Of a DNA stretch of 64,000 nucleotides, positions 62,498-64,000 are shown in pieces (the stretch's first letter is position 1; every line of letters begins with the position of its first letter). The translations under genes and the position numbers were made by a program. The notes under the pieces are model-generated. The model was not told the DNA's origin, made no database searches, and saw nothing but the letters and a program-made list of their open reading frames with translations. The DNA is from Podarcis gaigeae (taxonomy: Eukaryota): the NCBI GenBank assembly GCA_964106915.2, contig OZ066918.1. One strand, 5' to 3'.

Positions 62498-64000
62498 AAG
62501 TAACCAGGCTGCATCATTTCGGAAGGACCTGTTTCTGATGCACTTGGTTCTTGGACCTTGGAAGAGGATGACTGTAGAGCCAGGGGCTTAGATTCTGTTA
62601 TTTATTTCTGCAGTCTCTTGTGTTTTTTGCAGCTCATGGGAAAGAAAATAGCTGGGGCACTAAAACGCTGGCCGACTGCCTCAGCAAGCAAGGCTCATCT
62701 TTCACGCTCTGTGACAGGCACTTTCGCACTGTGTTCCAGGGAACCAGGGGTTCCTCAGAAGCTTATCGGCGTTCCTCAGAGAGAATCCAAGGAATGGCGG
62801 ACAAGCTTCACTCAACGCTTCATGTGCAATTGTGTGAAAATGTTTGGTGCGTTCTATGCCACGCTGTCAGTTCAAGCAGGACATCAGTGAGGCTGATACC
62901 CTTCCCCCCATGAACTTGACTATGTGCTCTAGGCCCCTAGAATATTTCCCAGAATGCTTTGCAGCAGAATGGGATTTCTCATCAAGGCACTTTCCCAAGA
63001 ACTCCCTCCAAGTACAAAGTCCACAAAACTTTGGACAATTTTTTTTTTGGGAGGGGGGAGGGAACTTGTTTTCAGCAAGAACAACAGGTGCTTGGATATC
63101 CTGCTAAGAACCATGGGTTTGACATATCTGCAAGAGAGCTTCCATTATGAGCTGTAATACCTTGGGTCTTTTATGAAGAATATGATCCAAACTGGTTCCT
63201 CCTTTGTGATGGGCAAATGGTTTGAAATATCCACTCTACAGTGGGGTATAATGGACTACTGTACTGTACAGTCAACTGAGGAGGACTTGTGCAGATCAGA
63301 TGAGTAGGGCAAACTAATCCATGCCACAAGCCCTTTGAAGGTAGGCCCAATAAGGGCTAACTACATAATTTATTTCTAGTGCAAATGCACCTGTTCCCAA
63401 CACAGAGCCAAATGAGATATTGACAGCATTAAATTCATGTTTCTAGTCGGGCTTGTGTCACATATGTTGAAAGAAGGGGTGGTGCCTGATTTCAAAAGCA
63501 AAAAGGGGCTTGCAGGTGAGGAGGACAGAGCCCATCTGCTAGTAATGCACTTCTCTGCAGCCCCTCTCCCCAAATGTTTTTTCTCACAGCTGAGAGCGAA
63601 CTCTGGAGTGTGGAGAGGTGCTCAGTATAACACCCAGTAATGAGCTCCTCTCTTGCAGGTAGCCCTCTAGTGGATTTACCTGGTGGTAGTTCTCCTCCAG
63701 TTAGGGCCTAGTAGTTTGCCATTTTAGGTTTCCCACAGTGTTCCAGAGCAGCTTTTACAAATCTGTTGCTCTCCAGATGTATTCTACTACAACTCCCACC
63801 AACCCCAGCTGCCGTGGTCAATGGTGTAAGGGATTATGGAAGTTGTAGTCTGAAACATCTAGAGTACACCAGGCTGGGGACACTTCGTCAGGGACTCCAG
63901 GGCACTGTGGGAAATTGTAGGCTGCAGTCCTATGAGCATCATTGAACATAGTGGAACATATATGCACAAGCAAATGGATTGCACTGCGAATTTGTTTCAT

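Overview
Vertebrate genomic DNA from a squamate, probably a lacertid lizard, judging by Sauria SINE, BovB, CR1, L2, Penelope and MITE content. It covers the conserved SLK - STN1(OBFC1) - SH3PXD2A synteny block. SLK: first coding exon on the minus strand at 11222-11371; the rest of the gene lies left of the window. STN1: complete coding sequence on the plus strand, 9 exons at 20774-36047, 1104 nt, 367 aa, all GT-AG and phase-consistent. SH3PXD2A (TKS5): first coding exon at 46547-46618; exon 2 was not found. There are two CpG islands, at about 12.45-13.2 kb (apparently shared head-to-head by SLK and STN1) and about 45.45-46.1 kb. The remainder is intronic or intergenic and rich in transposons. 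Most notable observations: an intact minimal hammerhead ribozyme core in a TSD-flanked Penelope fragment just inside SH3PXD2A intron 1; a 1.1-kb CpG-rich nested-palindrome Tc1/mariner-type MITE inserted in a CR1; a hAT-type MITE family carrying the ZNF143/THAP11 ACTACA motif; uORFs abutting and overlapping the STN1 start codon; and natural substitutions at STN1 OB-fold DNA-binding positions. All family names come from recall and manual reading; no searches were run.
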